DNA from: Eledone cirrhosa
Lineage: Eukaryota
Direction: 5' to 3'
NCBI GenBank assembly: GCA_964016885.1
Contig: OZ024742.1
Location: 270,630,001 to 270,694,000, forward strand
Length of the DNA stretch: 64,000 nucleotides
The translations under genes were made by a program, and so were the position numbers. Positions 17,501 through 33,004 of this stretch are shown here, piece by piece. The notes under the pieces are model-generated. The model saw only the letters and a program-made list of their open reading frames with translations. It ran no database searches and was not told the origin of the DNA. Within the stretch, counting starts at the first letter, position 1, and every line of letters starts with the position of its first letter.

Positions 17501-17802
17501 AACTCATAACAACGATACGGCACAATTATTTCACCTCAATCGGCCCTGCTCTCTTCAACATCACACCAGGACACGTCAAAACAGAAACTGACCACACAAA
17601 ATTCAAGAAGTCTTTGGACAAATTCCTCCAAGTAATCCCGGACAAACCACCCACACCCGGATATGTCTCCGCAAACAGTAATTCTCTTCTCGAATGGGCC
17701 ATGGTGCCCAAATCCTGAATTGAAAGACTTCGCCAGGTGGTGCTATTAAGTTAGACATGGCCTGGGCCAATACTGGCCAAAACATTTCAAAGTTATTCAA
17801 AG

Positions 17803-17805
<3 letters not shown>
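14536..17805 (+). mobile_element. CR1-group LINE, truncated within the putative ORF1, with intact ORF2 and a (TTCAAAGTTA)2 tail
   Basis: A short His/Cys-rich putative ORF1 tail (stop at 14710) overlaps the ORF2 start. The short 3' UTR and tandem tail run straight into (TA)n. Confidence 0.9.
14698..17718 (+). CDS. LINE ORF2: APE endonuclease plus reverse transcriptase, 1006 aa, uninterrupted
   Basis: APE motifs LNAQG, LTETHL, GG-AIY, YRPP, GDFN, LDL, SDH. RT motifs NYRPISL, QHGFR, DFSKAFD, SGVPQG, FADD. C-terminal [11 protein letters not shown]...FKKSLDKFL. No AUG at the 5' end of the frame. Confidence 0.95.
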   Translation: MLPLTNKQINNTPKQLKPSTLASTFLLNAQGISPSTNTQKWKIKFLEDWIDVHPNHIPFFVLTETHLSNLHLEAEVKVKNFKAIRADRAGRRKGGTAIYVHNSFSTEAMNIFTNGYCEAVTVFSQTNNLLVVGIYRPPQTPVPCFKECLNCIKCFIQECHPDNILMMGDFNLPGVDWSTNSLPPGSSASTSDREAVESLLDFMDDFFLSQLVLEPTRCHKNVLDLIFSNHTDNIHNIAVEKTLLSDHDMVLCDLRFHHPIYKPNVISPVHPFDAMDFHNANWEAISHDLAHVDWSFTHTHTPTNIKKSWQTFVDTVTNICAKHTPLRTINKSKSSIPRNRKTLIRKIKRTNKKINKLKYCQQQHINLTAISSLEIKKHNLQNNIMSLINNQRRAEEAWAIEKIKLNPKVFFSFAKKHKITGSTVGPLIDENGTLQDNAKTMGEILQKQYCSVFTNPDMADLGCIGDVTPHYTLSDITFGAPDVLSAIKEIKHNSVVGPDRFPACVLKAYQHQLASPLANLWRNSLDAGYVPENLLSQSVVPVFKKGNKSLAVNYRPISLTSHIIKVFERVVRSRMTHFLESNNILNSNQHGFRNGRHCLTQLLHHFDDILRALGEGSNTDVIYLDFSKAFDRVDHNILLRKLSNIGVTGKLLQWIKSFLSNRTQHVVVEGVKSSPAKVSSGVPQGTVLGPLLFIIYINDITDIIKHSNIKIFADDSKLQKVINGVDDRISLQSDLLAVTQWAEKNNMLLNEDKFELIHFGKEDALKLPYSLPSGETLVASNNIRDLGVTVDSNISWTTHISSKVDMARRMCSWILRTFQSRDSRTIILLFSTFARPHLEYCCPLWSPHTKQSIMKLEAPQRAITKKIDGMSDLDYWGRLENLKLYSLQRRRERYIICMMWKMFHHHCPNDVGIAFKIHPRLGPRAIRPIQKSKSQLITTIRHNYFTSIGPALFNITPGHVKTETDHTKFKKSLDKFLQVIPDKPPTPGYVSANSNSLLEWAMVPKS

Positions 17806-17854
<49 letters not shown>

Positions 17855-18583
17855 TTATTAAAATAACATATTAAAGTTTAAGCAAAGAATCGCTGCGCTC
17901 ACCATTAATGGGAACTTCTGAAACTAAAAAAATCAATCTGTGAACGCAGAAATGTATATTTAGAAAAAAACGTTGCAACCGAAGGAAAACAGGAAGACGA
18001 TACTTTGGCTCATGAAGACGTTCCCTCGCAATCAACGGAAAAATGCGAAAATAATACGTCGTTATATGGAGCATTGAGAAACAATATACGCAAAAACAAA
18101 ACCACGTTTATGGTATAAATGGAGTCGTAGACTAATATTCTATATAGGAGCCAGGATGGATTTCACGGTTAAATTAACATCATAGTTCATTCTTCCAACT
18201 ACGAACTGGGTCCCCCTTCCCTAACAATAATACCCCGGTGTGCAGACGGTATGAACACAAATCTGTGAACCAAATTTACATCGCAGACCATGCTCGAACA
18301 AGCATTAGTGAAGCAACATCCACTAAATAATAAATGTACACCCCAGACCCTACCTGTACGGGCACTAGTGAAACAACACACATAATATAAATATGCTAAA
18401 CACCAGCATATGAACAGGTATAACAATCTAAATGGGAATGGATTGTTTGAACACCGGCCAGAGTTACTCCCCCTGCTCTGCGATAATAACAACAAATGCA
18501 CAGAGGAGAAGATTGAACTATAATGTTAATTTAAGAGTGAAATCCCTCCTGGGTCCTATATTCATCATTGTTTTGTTTTCCAT

Positions 18584-18622
18584 GCCCTTGATAATCCCAT
18601 TCGGGGCGAAACGTACGTAGGC
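18584..18622 (+). ncRNA. Degenerate minimal hammerhead motif
   Basis: gcc-cttgataa-tCCC attc GGGg-CGAAAC-GTAC-GTA-ggc. Palindromic loop III (ACGTACGT). The 5' core is mutated. Confidence 0.5.
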
Positions 18623-18840
18623 GCACTGTTATATAAACATGTTCTAACGGTTTTAAATACCTTGTTTTCATTTCCTTTATAATCGCTCTGCTTATTTGTT
18701 CTCGCCAACTAAATAATGACTCCTCTAACGTTTAACACTGTAGGCACGAGTATTGAGCACATATGCATAAACTATTGGCAACTAAATATATGTATCGCCC
18801 ATCTTTCCCTTTTTTTCTCTCTCTCGATACTTAATGATTG

Positions 18841-18891
<51 letters not shown>

Positions 18892-19578
18892 TATTAAGGA
18901 TGCTATTTAATCACACACACACTTCCGGAAAATAATACGATGTAAATTCTCGCAACAAACAACCTGCTCTATAAAATTGGAATAAAGAACAACAACTGTA
19001 ATAATCTAACCTAATACATCAAGCATCCAATACTGAATCATCGTTTATTATACGAAGGACATATAATCTATATATTACGTTTCCTGTATTGTGAAAATGG
19101 TGGTGTATACCAAAACCATAACATTATTTTGCTTCTCATTTTTAATATTTCTCTGCACACAAGCTTCTATATCATACATAAAAATACTTTACCAATACAA
19201 CCCCCATAATACTCTTGATTGCCCGCGTAAAGTGCTTGTATTGCATATAACACCTTGCCGCAATATAATCTTATATAAATAAGACACACGCGCATGCCCC
19301 ACGAGTAACCATTGCATAAACTAACTACTTCAAACTATCCTCTTGCATTATCTTCGTAAACTGCCGATGTTGTATTTTAACTTTAATTTTGTTTTAATTT
19401 TGTTTTAATTTTTGAATGTAAATTGCCATGCTAAAATATTATAATGTATGTCACCCCACTGTGCATCGATATATACATATGTTCCTGTATGTCTCTTGTG
19501 TTGGAAAGGAGGTCATGTATGTAAACAATCATTGAAAAATTGCTCCGAAGACTCCAAACTTTGATTCATGTAATTTCT

Positions 19579-19700
<122 letters not shown>

Positions 19701-19806
19701 TTCAGGTTATCAATAATGTAGTGATAATATATCGTTACGTTAGAGGTAAACAGCGTACGTGTAGGTTTGCTCAACGAGTATAAATTATATTCCGGAGAAA
19801 ATGTAG

Positions 19807-19915
19807 AAAAGATGAATATAAAATGAAAGTGCTTTTTTTAAAAAGGAATTTATTAGGTCGCACACGTAATACCTAATAAATTCCTTTTTAAAAAAAGCGC
19901 TTTCATTTTATATTC

Positions 19916-19922
<7 letters not shown>
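19807..19922. repeat. Inverted repeat with 52-bp arms and a 12-bp spacer
   Basis: AAAAGATGAATATAAAATGAAAG...TTTATTAGGT and its reverse complement, with one mismatch. Confidence 0.9.
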
Positions 19923-19949
<27 letters not shown>

Positions 19950-20353
19950 CGGATTAACAAATAATAGTTAAATGCAGTAGGCATAGAATAGCCACTAAAT
20001 TCATAAGATTCAAACCTCCGTGAATCGAACCAACATAACATAGCTTTAAATTAGGATACCTACTACCCACAAAAAATATATATTCATTAAGTATACTATT
20101 TCCTTCACAAGTCTATACCACACAATAGTCTGTAAATACCTCATCTACCAACAATCTTACTCCTTCTCAGCTGCTGCAATCATTTGATCCTAGATCCTAG
20201 TTTTTCTCATTTCACTACTACAATGTTACTTTACCTTCTTTTTGCCATATTACAATTAGCACGCTTTTCTCTTTGCATGTATGTATATTTTTGTACGAGT
20301 GTATATTAGTGTGTATGTATGTGTCTATGTACACATATATGTGTATATGTATT

Positions 20354-20400
<47 letters not shown>

Positions 20401-20760
20401 AGATATATGCGTATATTAATTCGTTAACCTCTGTATTAACTCTACAACTATTGAGCTTTGACAGTGGTCCCACTCATGTATACGGTTGAAGATGAAGAGA
20501 AAGACTGTAAAAACTAGCTTATCTTTATAATTTAAAATTGATACACACTACGATACTTTTTGCCTTATGACAGCTGGTTTTCACGCCGTAACATTAGATA
20601 CATTATATACCCCCCACCTAAGTAATGTCAGGGTCTCCTTAAATAGTTTATTGATAGCATTGTTGTAATAATTGTTGTTGTTGTTTATTGTTCTAATTGA
20701 ATGCCATAACTACTCCATATTTTCTTTTATTTTCTTGCCTGTGTATTTTCTTCATTCTCG

Positions 20761-20873
20761 CATGCTCCGAAGATCTGACTGGTTATAATTCTGTATTGGC
20801 GATCGAGTGACGCAAAATTAAGCGGATAGCGATCTCTAGACATACCAGTTCAGTGAAACAAATGTAAGCTATG
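20761..20873 (+). ncRNA. Hammerhead-like motif with a CCGAAGA core and a long stem II insertion
   Basis: catgct-CCGAAGA-t-CTGACTGGT...(60 nt)...ACCAGTTCAG-t-GAAAC-aaat-GTA-agctatg. Stems I and II each pair with a single bulge. Confidence 0.55.
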
Positions 20874-20941
20874 TGATTAAAAACTTTTTTGTATAGCAAA
20901 CCATGTAAACCTTCTTTCCTGATTTATATATATATATATAT

Positions 20942-21002
<61 letters not shown>

Positions 21003-21016
21003 TGTATGTATATATA

Positions 21017-21204
21017 TAACGAAGGAAGTGTGGTAAGGAACCATGTGAACCATAACCCACCAGCGTACTCAATACTTAGGATAGTAGAGTGGGTAATAGT
21101 AAATTGGTCAAGACCCCGACGGCAGAGCTTCAAGTCGTTGCGACGGCTATTATTGGACTGAAATAGCCGTCGAAACGGCTTGAGCTCTGCCGTCGGGGTC
21201 TTGA
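21017..21204 (+). repeat. Short (TA)n-embedded repeat family copy with a 44-bp-arm hairpin
   Basis: Related copies at 57974-58088 (+) and 48161-48222 (-, internally deleted). Arms at 21108-21151 and 21162-21204. Confidence 0.8.
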
Positions 21205-22415
21205 ACTTTTTCATATATATATATATATATATACGTACGGAAATGGAAAATGTCGCTGTCGGGGCGGCGTTGGGTACAATATTAACTTGAAGGTTAGAGA
21301 TCAGCGGTTCGATGTGAGTTGAGTCGAAGAAACGAATTGTGGATAGGAAGGAAGAAATAGATTGAATGAAATAGAACAGTTGGCAGACATTAAAATCTGC
21401 TCAGAGATACATATAGGTATTTGTCTGTGCATGTATGTCAGCGCGCGACACGCTTTTTTGTGTGTACTGTTATCGAATGAAACACAAACAGCGGGTGACA
21501 CATTATATAATGGAGAAACAACGACTAAAGTAAGAATAGGGTTTAAATTGGATCTGGAAGCAGACTGTAGTGGGAGTTCATGGAATATGAATATATGAGC
21601 AGATGAGAAGTGGTGTAGATGTAAAGAAGAGCAACTATAGTATATGTTGGCGTGTTAGTGAGATATAGAGACAGATCCCTCCCAGATAAGCTAGACAGAA
21701 CTAGAAATTTTAGATTTGTTTGACTGCAATTGTAATAATAACGGAATATATGTATTGCTTGGGTGGTGAGACAACTAACTGTAAAGCTCTCTCATAATTA
21801 TTGTTCTTGATGTCGACAACGTTTTCAGTGACTATATATCATTGCTCCGGTTCCTCTACCACCACCGTCGTTAGTGTTTCGACAAATATTTTTAAATACT
21901 TATCCAATGATACTTCCCCAATTGCTTTCTAATGCCTATGTATATTACTCAACGTGCTATTTTACAGAACAGCTAAAATCAATGAACATTCACACACACA
22001 TACACACATACGTATGTGTGCGTATTTGTGTGCGAGTGTTTGCGCGTGTTCGCATATGTTTGTGTATCTGTGTTAAACAACAGAAAAAATGATATAAACA
22101 AAAGTTTGCTTTGATGACAGTTGAGCCTATCTAGTCAACTATATAGGCTAGACAGCAGCTATACGGTCAAGAAATTTATTGGGTACAAAACACATTTAAC
22201 TGCTTTTCCGCTGACAAGAACATAAACTAGTTCTAACTAAATTAAATGTATCATTATTTGCCTAATTTGCGCTCGATTTCGTATTTAACATATGCAACTT
22301 AATATGATGTATATATGCGTATTCGGTCGTGTGCATATATATGATAAACAAGATCGAAATAACTATATAATGCTGTATATATATCTATCTATCTATCTAT
22401 CTATCTATATATATA

Positions 22416-22613
22416 TATTATTATGTAATAAACAGCATAAGGCAATTATTCCATTTACCAGTGGTTTCTTAAAAGCAAAAGGTTTTGCTTTCAATCCTCA
22501 GAATGAAAAAATCCCAGTGGTTTCTTAAAAGCAAAAGGTTTTGCTTTCAATCCTCAGAATGAAAAAATCCGTAAATGGAATAATTGCCTTATGTTGTTTA
22601 TTACATAATAATA
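22416..22613. repeat. 43-bp inverted arms enclosing exactly two tandem 56-bp units
   Basis: Arms at 22416-22458 and 22571-22613 (one mismatch). Units at 22459-22514 and 22515-22570 are identical. Confidence 0.95.
22449..22508 (-). ncRNA. Complete type I hammerhead ribozyme motif
   Basis: Minus strand: tttcatt-CTGAGGA-TTGAAAGCAAA acct TTTGCTTTTAA-GAA-ACC act GGT-A-aatggaa. Stem I is 7 bp, stem II 11 bp and stem III 3 bp, with a GUA triplet. Confidence 0.8.
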
Positions 22614-22673
22614 ATTAAGCTCTGTTGCTTACATATAGCACTCTTTTTTCCTGGACTTTTCCGACGGAATTAC

Positions 22674-22715
<42 letters not shown>

Positions 22716-23529
22716 GCATTATTCAGTTATTTCGATCTTGTTTACAATATATATATAGTTACTTGTCATTCAATCATACATATGCAGGTATACAATTTTG
22801 CATGGAGATGAACGTAAGAATAAGAGAAAGATATACTTTTCTTTTAACGTTAAGCAGTAAATATGCACGGGAACAACGCAGGCAACGTGATCTTTTGAAG
22901 AGAAAGTATTTGAATTCTTTGAGGGAATTGAACCGAGAACATCCGTTTCGATACTGCATTTACTGCCGTTACAGTTCTGCTATCTGTATACTTTTTTTCA
23001 CTCTCTTTCACTTTCTTTTCATAAGATTTTGTTTTGTTCTATGTTGTTTTACACTTTTCTTGCGTTAACAACAAGAATCCATGCGAAGAATACTTACGAT
23101 CACATCTGCCATTTTGATTTATTTCAAATCCCAATGAACAAACGGAAAATTCATCATCAAAAACAGCAACAATAAACGCAACAATGACGAATAAAACAAC
23201 AGCTAAAACAACATCAACAGCAGCAGCAGCAGAAAAAAATAACATACAGGAAATGTCTTCATCTCTGATTCACAATTTAAAAAAAAATGTGAGATGCAAA
23301 AAAGAAAGCCCTAACCAGTCATCCGTACAGTTCGTGCGTAAATGGAAAGAATTCTATCGATTTGTCAGACTTTTGACTAATTGAAAGTTTCCTTCTATAG
23401 TGGCAGGAAACAATTCCTAAATGAAGGAGGAATATTTCGTTCAATAATATGTCGACCACTATTTTTTAAAGAAATATTTCTACGTCTTATTCTTAGACAT
23501 TTCTATCTACCTACTTTTTATATTAATTT

Positions 23530-23570
23530 TACTCCTCCTACTACTACTACTACACTACTACCACTACCAT

Positions 23571-23609
<39 letters not shown>

Positions 23610-23900
23610 TTCTACTGCACTACTACTACCACTAATACTGCTACTACTACTACTACTAAAACAACAACTGCTGCTGCTACTACTAATACTACTACTACTA
23701 CTACAACTACTGCTGCTACTACTACTCCTACTACTACTACTACTAATATTACTCTTCTACTACTACTACTACTACTACTCCTACTACATCCTCTTTCTTT
23801 GCTTCTACTTTTTTTTCTTCTTCTTCTTTTTCTTCTGTTTGTAGTTGTTATCATTGTTAGTGTTGTTGTTGTTCTTCTTCTTCTTCTGCTTCACCTTCTA
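23530..23900. repeat. (CTA)n, (CTT)n and (GTT)n trinucleotide microsatellites
   Basis: Directly visible in the sequence. Confidence 0.9.
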
Positions 23901-23959
23901 CTATTAAACGCTACCCTTAAAATAATAATTATTATTCCATGATCAGCCACTAGGACAGA

Positions 23960-24670
23960 GATATAAAGGTCAATACAAACCAACATGGCAGTGCGGATTT
24001 ACAATAATAAACATGAAAAAAGAAAGTTAAAATTTAACAATGAATAATTAACAACAGATTTCCCTCTATAGGGTGAACAGTATGTAAGGGTAGGATAGGA
24101 TCTGAAATCCCGAGCCTTGAGGTGCATGCAAACAGTAGGCCCATTTACTCGCTAATTTACCCCCACATTTTAACAAATTTACTGACGGTGGGGGCGCAAC
24201 ACACCCTTACACACCCATGCCTTCCTTTCCATGTGGAACATGGACATTTTGAAGGCTTGGCTGACGAGGAACGTCTTCAGATTTTATCACTTCAATAGTG
24301 TCAACCACACATACTATTTTCCTCCATAAATAAGACAGGGGAACATTTCCAGCTCTTCCCAGTTAAAAAGGGGCGACGGGTGATCCTCACAAAGGCGTCG
24401 TCTGAAAGCAGGATACGTCCTACGTGAAATAATAACTGTTCAACAAATGTCCATAAGAAGAAAAAGCCATGTACTAGACAAATTCGTAAAGAACAGTTTC
24501 GTCACTCCACGAACATCGGGGACTGGTCCATTTGACATCATGTCAATGCTGATAGAGTTTGTCTAGAATCGGCAGTGCCCCCGGTAGCACAGTCAAGGGA
24601 AGAATTTCAGAAAATTATCCAGATGCCAGGCGCTCAGTCATGGTCTTCGCTTGAACCCGACCTGCTGCTT
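23960..24670 (-). mobile_element. Degenerate 3' fragment of an L1/Tx1-type LINE
   Basis: Frameshifted minus-strand remnants LDNF...[23 protein letters not shown] and SKFVKMW, followed by a T-rich 3' UTR. Confidence 0.5.
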
Positions 24671-24671
24671 A

Positions 24672-27649
<2,978 letters not shown>

Positions 27650-28187
27650 CGGGTTCGTTGGCGACTAAACTGGCAATCCCACCAAGGTTTCTTGGTGAGG
27701 AGGGTGACTTTGGACATCCTGCAGGACTAAAAACACAACCTGTCAAAGGAGCTCTTAAGAGTCAATGGCCATCCAAAATCACCGGAAGAGATGACCCCTT
27801 AGCCTTTGTCAAGGCAGAATTCTAGGAGAAGGAAAACTCTGATATAACACCTGCAACTCTGATGGTATCCAATGATGTTGACTTGTTCTTCTTTTTGGTA
27901 AATATCATCTTGGTTAAGAGAGTGGGACTGGCTTTGTGCAGTGCCTTTGCTCACTATAAAAGCTTCACGGCACAGGCATTGCTTTATATCTGGAGATCTC
28001 TCTGCACTTGTCACATGGTACCATGGGCCCAGCACTATGTGTCAATAATTGTCACAAGTGTAGTGTTTGTACCAGAGTTTTCAAGTCGCTGGCTGGACTA
28101 AAAAGTCACACTCGTTCAGCGCATCGGTAGGAGTTCTCCTACATGGATATAAAGTAGTGGCCGTACTCAAAAACGAGTTGGCAGCCA

Positions 28188-28189
<2 letters not shown>
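27650..28189. repeat. Unclassified higher-GC interspersed element flanked by (TA)n
   Basis: 27918-27985 is reverse-complement similar to 33762-33832 (CAATGCCTGTGC...GGC.CTGCAC...TCCCACTCTCT). Confidence 0.45.
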
Positions 28190-28267
<78 letters not shown>

Positions 28268-29027
28268 GCTTGAATATGTATATGTATGCTTGAATGTATG
28301 TGTGTATATACATTCATAATATATATATATTTATATGTCATTATAGTGGAGTACTTCAATATTATCATTGACAAGTTGAGAGAAGCTTTATGCACAGTAA
28401 GATACTCGTTCATCAGGAGATTAATACAGATGCAAAAGTCATTAACATTTAAAATAATATTCAATATGTCAAAAGATCAAGGTTAACAACTTAAATTCAT
28501 TATTCTAGTTCCACGTCCGTTTCAATACGTTTACAGTCGGATATGTATATGTAAACAAGTGGAAATAATTCATTATCAATTATTACTAACATACTTATTC
28601 CCTATAACTGCCTTTCTTCAGGAAAATGTGAGAAAAAAGAAAGTTTAACAAGTTCAAATGGCATCAAGAAACTATTATATATCTAACACTAAACGCAATG
28701 AAAGGAGTTAAATTATAAAAATATCTTGTTCATGGAGATTTTTGGACTGTGAAAAATGATAGGTTCAGGTACAAATCATCACACCATTGATATTTACAAA
28801 GTTAAAAGTGATTTTTCCTTATTCAGTTTAAGTAATATTTGTTGTAAGACTTGCAGTTGTGGAAAATGTCTAAGAGGAGGCATCAAAAAGTAGATAAAAA
28901 TCATTACTTATCTAATATCTACAATGTTATTAATTTTCATTATAATTGTTAGATTTAAATTGGTCTGATGGAGACGAAATTATCTATGAAACAGCACCAA
29001 TCAGTCATCATTTTTCATAAAAACTGA

Positions 29028-29060
<33 letters not shown>

Positions 29061-29224
29061 CACACATATATTATATCTATGTGGGTGCATATATATATAT
29101 TAGTTGGAATTTGGCCGGAGTATCGATAAAAAGCTTTCTCCGATATTGTATTTATATGTATATATATACTAAATTACAGGTGGAGTGTTAGGCTGTGTGG
29201 TTACTGGAAACGTAAACAAGAGAA

Positions 29225-29790
29225 GAAAGGTATCCCTTCATCAGCTGTTTACTACAGATCATAGAGATTTCGGCTTAAAACAGAACATTGATCAGAACAG
29301 CGTGCCCTTCGGTCAGTACAGCGTGTCCATAGCCTTTTATGAAAAGGCCATGAGGGAATGAAGTGATAGTGAAGAGAGAGGAAGAAGAAAAAAAGGGAAA
29401 AGGGGATGAAACGAAGTAAACATACCGACATGAGTTGGGACACAAGACAATGGCACTGTAAGTAATGTAACTGAACAGAAAGTGGAATAAGTTATGGTAC
29501 GCCGATGGGTATAATCCCGTTAGCGGTGAAAACAGCAGAGCAAGGTTTTTCCGTGGCGATCTCAGTAAAGTGAGGGTAGACAGCGTAAGACGGAGGAACC
29601 GGAAATGAGAGAGGGTGAGCAAGGGGGACAGATAGAGAGGGAGGAGAAGGGAAAGGGAGTTAACCGAAAAGGGTTTTACGACACGTGTGAACAGGCTGAA
29701 AACAACCAAATGGATAGAGAGAGAGAGGGGGGTGGGGAACGATGGAGTCGATCCGAAAGACAAATCAAGCAAGACAGGCAGGATATAAAT
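29225..29790 (-). mobile_element. Highly degenerate PLE 3' fragment (GIY-YIG remnant and half HHR)
   Basis: Minus-strand remnants resemble IY.I.C..C...VG and ..PHGL. CTGATGAAGGG at ~29235-29245 (-). Composition resembles 58180-60000. Confidence 0.4.
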
Positions 29791-29814
29791 AGATATTTAT
29801 ATTTACACGGAAAA

Positions 29815-29938
29815 AATGAAATTTCATTTCTCACTCTTAGTACGGCTGATACTTAAATATAAGCATGTATACGTACATACATATATGTATACAGACGTAC
29901 AGTAGTATGTATATACATACATACATGCACACACACAC

Positions 29939-29972
<34 letters not shown>

Positions 29973-30580
29973 GTACGTATGGGTTTACCGAACATTTATT
30001 ATAATGCTCGGTTTGTTTGTAAACAAACAGCCCGAATTAAGCCGTACAGTGTTCGGCAACCATGGTTGCTCTTTTGTTCAACACTGACAAAGTAACGAAG
30101 AACTAGTTTCTAGCTTATTAGCTGTCATCAGCACCGTATACGTTCCTGTCAGTCCATTGAACCTTTGAAAGTATATACTTTCCTTATGCATATTAACGGC
30201 TGAGCAGCCTAATTTGCATATCGAGTGAGTTAGTCGGCCGGGTGTACCGAAAACGATAAATGGAAAAAATATATATGTATACAGACGTAGAGTAGTATGT
30301 ATATATATACATACATGCAGACATATATGTATATATATATATGTACGTATGGGTTACCGAACATGTATTATAATGCTCGGTTTGTGTGTAAACACTGTAC
30401 GGCTTAATTCGGGCTGTTTGTTTACAAACAAACCGAGCATTATAATAAATGTTCGGTAAACCCATACACACATATATATATGTGTGTGCATGTATGTATG
30501 TAAGTATATACATACTACTGTACGTCTGTTCTGTATATATATATATATATGTATTTACGTATACATGCTTATATTTATAT
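29815..30580 (-). repeat. HHR-bearing repeat family locus: full unit, partial tandem copy and inverted copy
   Basis: 29815-30270 matches the reverse complement of 43185-43690. 30270-30394 repeats ~29880-30024 directly. 30392-30577 is an inverted copy of ~29853-30052. Confidence 0.85.
30096..30136 (-). ncRNA. Minimal hammerhead motif
   Basis: cggtg-CTGATGA-c-AGCT aata AGCT-a-GAAAC-ta-GTT-cttcg. Palindromic AACTAGTT. The paralog at 43319-43360 has a perfect stem I (CGATG/CATCG). Confidence 0.65.
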
Positions 30581-30644
30581 GAATTTTCATAAAAGTGTAG
30601 GATTTTCTCTGCGATCGCTAGCTGAGCTGTAAAGAGGTAATTAC

Positions 30645-30689
<45 letters not shown>

Positions 30690-31004
30690 AAACGTCGGGT
30701 TAAGATTTAACCATATATTGACAGGAGGTACGGAGAGAGGGAGAGAAAGGAAGAAAGAGAGTCTAAAATGCATGTGATTAGGAATGAGAGGGGTATATAT
30801 ATCTATACTATAAATGTGAGTGTATGTGTGTATATGTGTTTCTCTCTCAAAACACCCGAAACGGTGCATACTAGTGAAAAAAGTGATGTCATTTTCGTAA
30901 TCTGCGTCCCAAGGAGAATGTTTTATGGTTGTAAATTAAAAAATGTAATTGTTACGAAATAAAAATCCAATTCAAGCTCACCAATATTGAATATCATTAA
31001 TGGC

Positions 31005-31128
31005 GGGATCCGAGTTCAAATCCCGCCGAGTTTGACTTTGCCTTTCATCCTTACGGGGTCGATAAAATAAAGTACCAGTAATGCACTGGGTATTTGCTGG
31101 CCTTGTGCCAAAAGTAGAAACAATTATT
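31005..31128 (+). mobile_element. tRNA-derived SINE (partial)
   Basis: B-box GAGTTCAAATCC, central CTTTGCCTTTCATCCTT.CGGGGTCGATAAAATAAAGTACCAG, ATT tail. Four copies in the window. Confidence 0.85.
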
Positions 31129-31244
31129 AACAACTGTCAGAATACATCTTTCTATATATATCTATATATCTATTCCTCTCTGTATTTTACGCTTTCCTCC
31201 CTCTCTTCATATATTTACCACACTCTCTCAATCTTTTTCTACGT

Positions 31245-31486
31245 CAACTATGGTGGTGGTTGTGGTAGTGATGGTAGTGTTGGTGATGGTGATTATGTGT
31301 GTAGTAGTGGTACTGGGGTGGGGGTGGTAATAGTATAATTAGCAGTAGTAGTAGTAGTAATAGAAATAGTAGTGGTAGTACTGGTAGTAGTGGTGGTGGT
31401 GGCGGTAGTAGTAGAATTATCAATGATAGTAGTAGTAGTAATAGAAATAGTAGTAATTTTACTAGTAGTAGTGGTAGTGGTGTTAA

Positions 31487-31525
<39 letters not shown>

Positions 31526-31562
31526 CAGCAGCAATAGCAGCAGCAGCAGCAGTAGTAGTAGA
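31245..31562. repeat. (TAG)n, (TGG)n and (CAG)n microsatellite
   Basis: Directly visible in the sequence. Confidence 0.9.
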
Positions 31563-31580
31563 AGGAGGCGGAGGGAGAGG

Positions 31581-32470
31581 AGGAGCTTTTAGACAAACTC
31601 ACCCAGTCATTCAAAATAGGAAATAGAGTTAATCAAATCCGAGCATGTGTGAAAAAAAATGACTTTAGAATTCTATTAAAGTTTTGAAGCTCACTACAAA
31701 CAAGAGACCAAATCGTGATAGAGACGCAGAAACGGAGAAGTTAGCCCAGAATCTATTAATGCTTGAATATGACAGATTCATGTAGATAGAAAAAGAATGA
31801 TTGATTCAAGTCCCATAAGCACGTTGGTTGAATCATTATTGCATCTATTAGAAAAAGTGTTCCATAATCTTGAATATCAGTTTGCAAGTCAGAAGTGGCT
31901 CAGTGAAAAGGCTATATTGGACCCGATAAATGTCACTGAGAAATTGGAAAATCAAGAGGTGTTAAAAATAATTCAAAAGTTTTCGAAGTACTATCGATCT
32001 GTCAAAACTGTACTGGAACAGACTGAACCTATTAATTAACCGACAAAGTTCCTCACTGCTTTGAAATCACCAGCAATGCTTCCACGTGTCCTTTATCTGT
32101 TATTGAGGAATTTGGATCCACCAACAGTACTAGATAGGTTGTGAAAAATATGTATCCACACGTGATTCAAGCCTCCATTTCAACAGAATGTGGTAAGGGA
32201 AGGATGCGTTTCATCCAAAAATTCCTCTTACCCCCCCCCCCCCCGCCCCACTGATGTAACCTTTTAATTCAAACGACTTTAATCACCAGTGGGTCTTAGT
32301 TTTGCCATAAACATCAAATAATCAGAAAGACAAATATTTTCGGTTGCCGATTTCCACGTTGAAGAGCCCTGGTTCACCTATGCTCAGATTTACGCTGAAT
32401 GTTCAAGAGTAGGATGTCAGAAAAACATTATACCTATGACTCAGTTGGAAAAACAACAAACATTCTTTAT
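31581..32470 (+). pseudogene. Decayed Helitron PIF1-family helicase C-terminal region
   Basis: GAFRQTHPVI (cf. GDFRQ.LPVI), WLSEKAILDPIN, PTKFL, LLRNLDPP, FKRL*SPVGLSFAINI (cf. FKR.QFPV.L.FA.TINKSQGQ), YAQIYAECSRVG (cf. HGQLYVA.SRV). Confidence 0.85.
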
Positions 32471-32503
32471 AAATTAAACCAATTAATAAAGAAATCTGTT
32501 TTC

Positions 32504-32745
32504 ATCACGAGGATTATTCTTCGGAGTAGACAGCCTGACATGGTAATAAAAAAATGTAATAAAGGCATACTATTTTGATTATTGTCCGGCAATGACTGGC
32601 TAATCAGCTATTTTATACAGATAGAGGCACACACACCTATGTATATATGCACCAAACTCTATAATTCTGATAAGCGATTGCGGTACTCCTAGCAGAGTTT
32701 TCAGCCATCATGTATGTATAAATGCATATATATCACACACTCATC

Positions 32746-32805
<60 letters not shown>

Positions 32806-32946
32806 TGTGTGTGTGCCTCTCTCTCTCTGTATAAAATAGCTGACTAGCCTGTCGTTGCCAGGCAATAATCAAAATAGTATGCCTTTATTAATTTTTTTTT
32901 TATTTCCATGTCAGGCTGTCTACTCCGAAGAATCATCCTCGTGGTA

Positions 32947-33004
<58 letters not shown>

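Noticed and set aside
28959-29002. ATTGGT-CTGATGG...GAAAC-AGC-ACCAAT hammerhead-like segment
   Set aside because: The core is mutated and there is no NUH triplet. It is at best a dead relic and was not counted.
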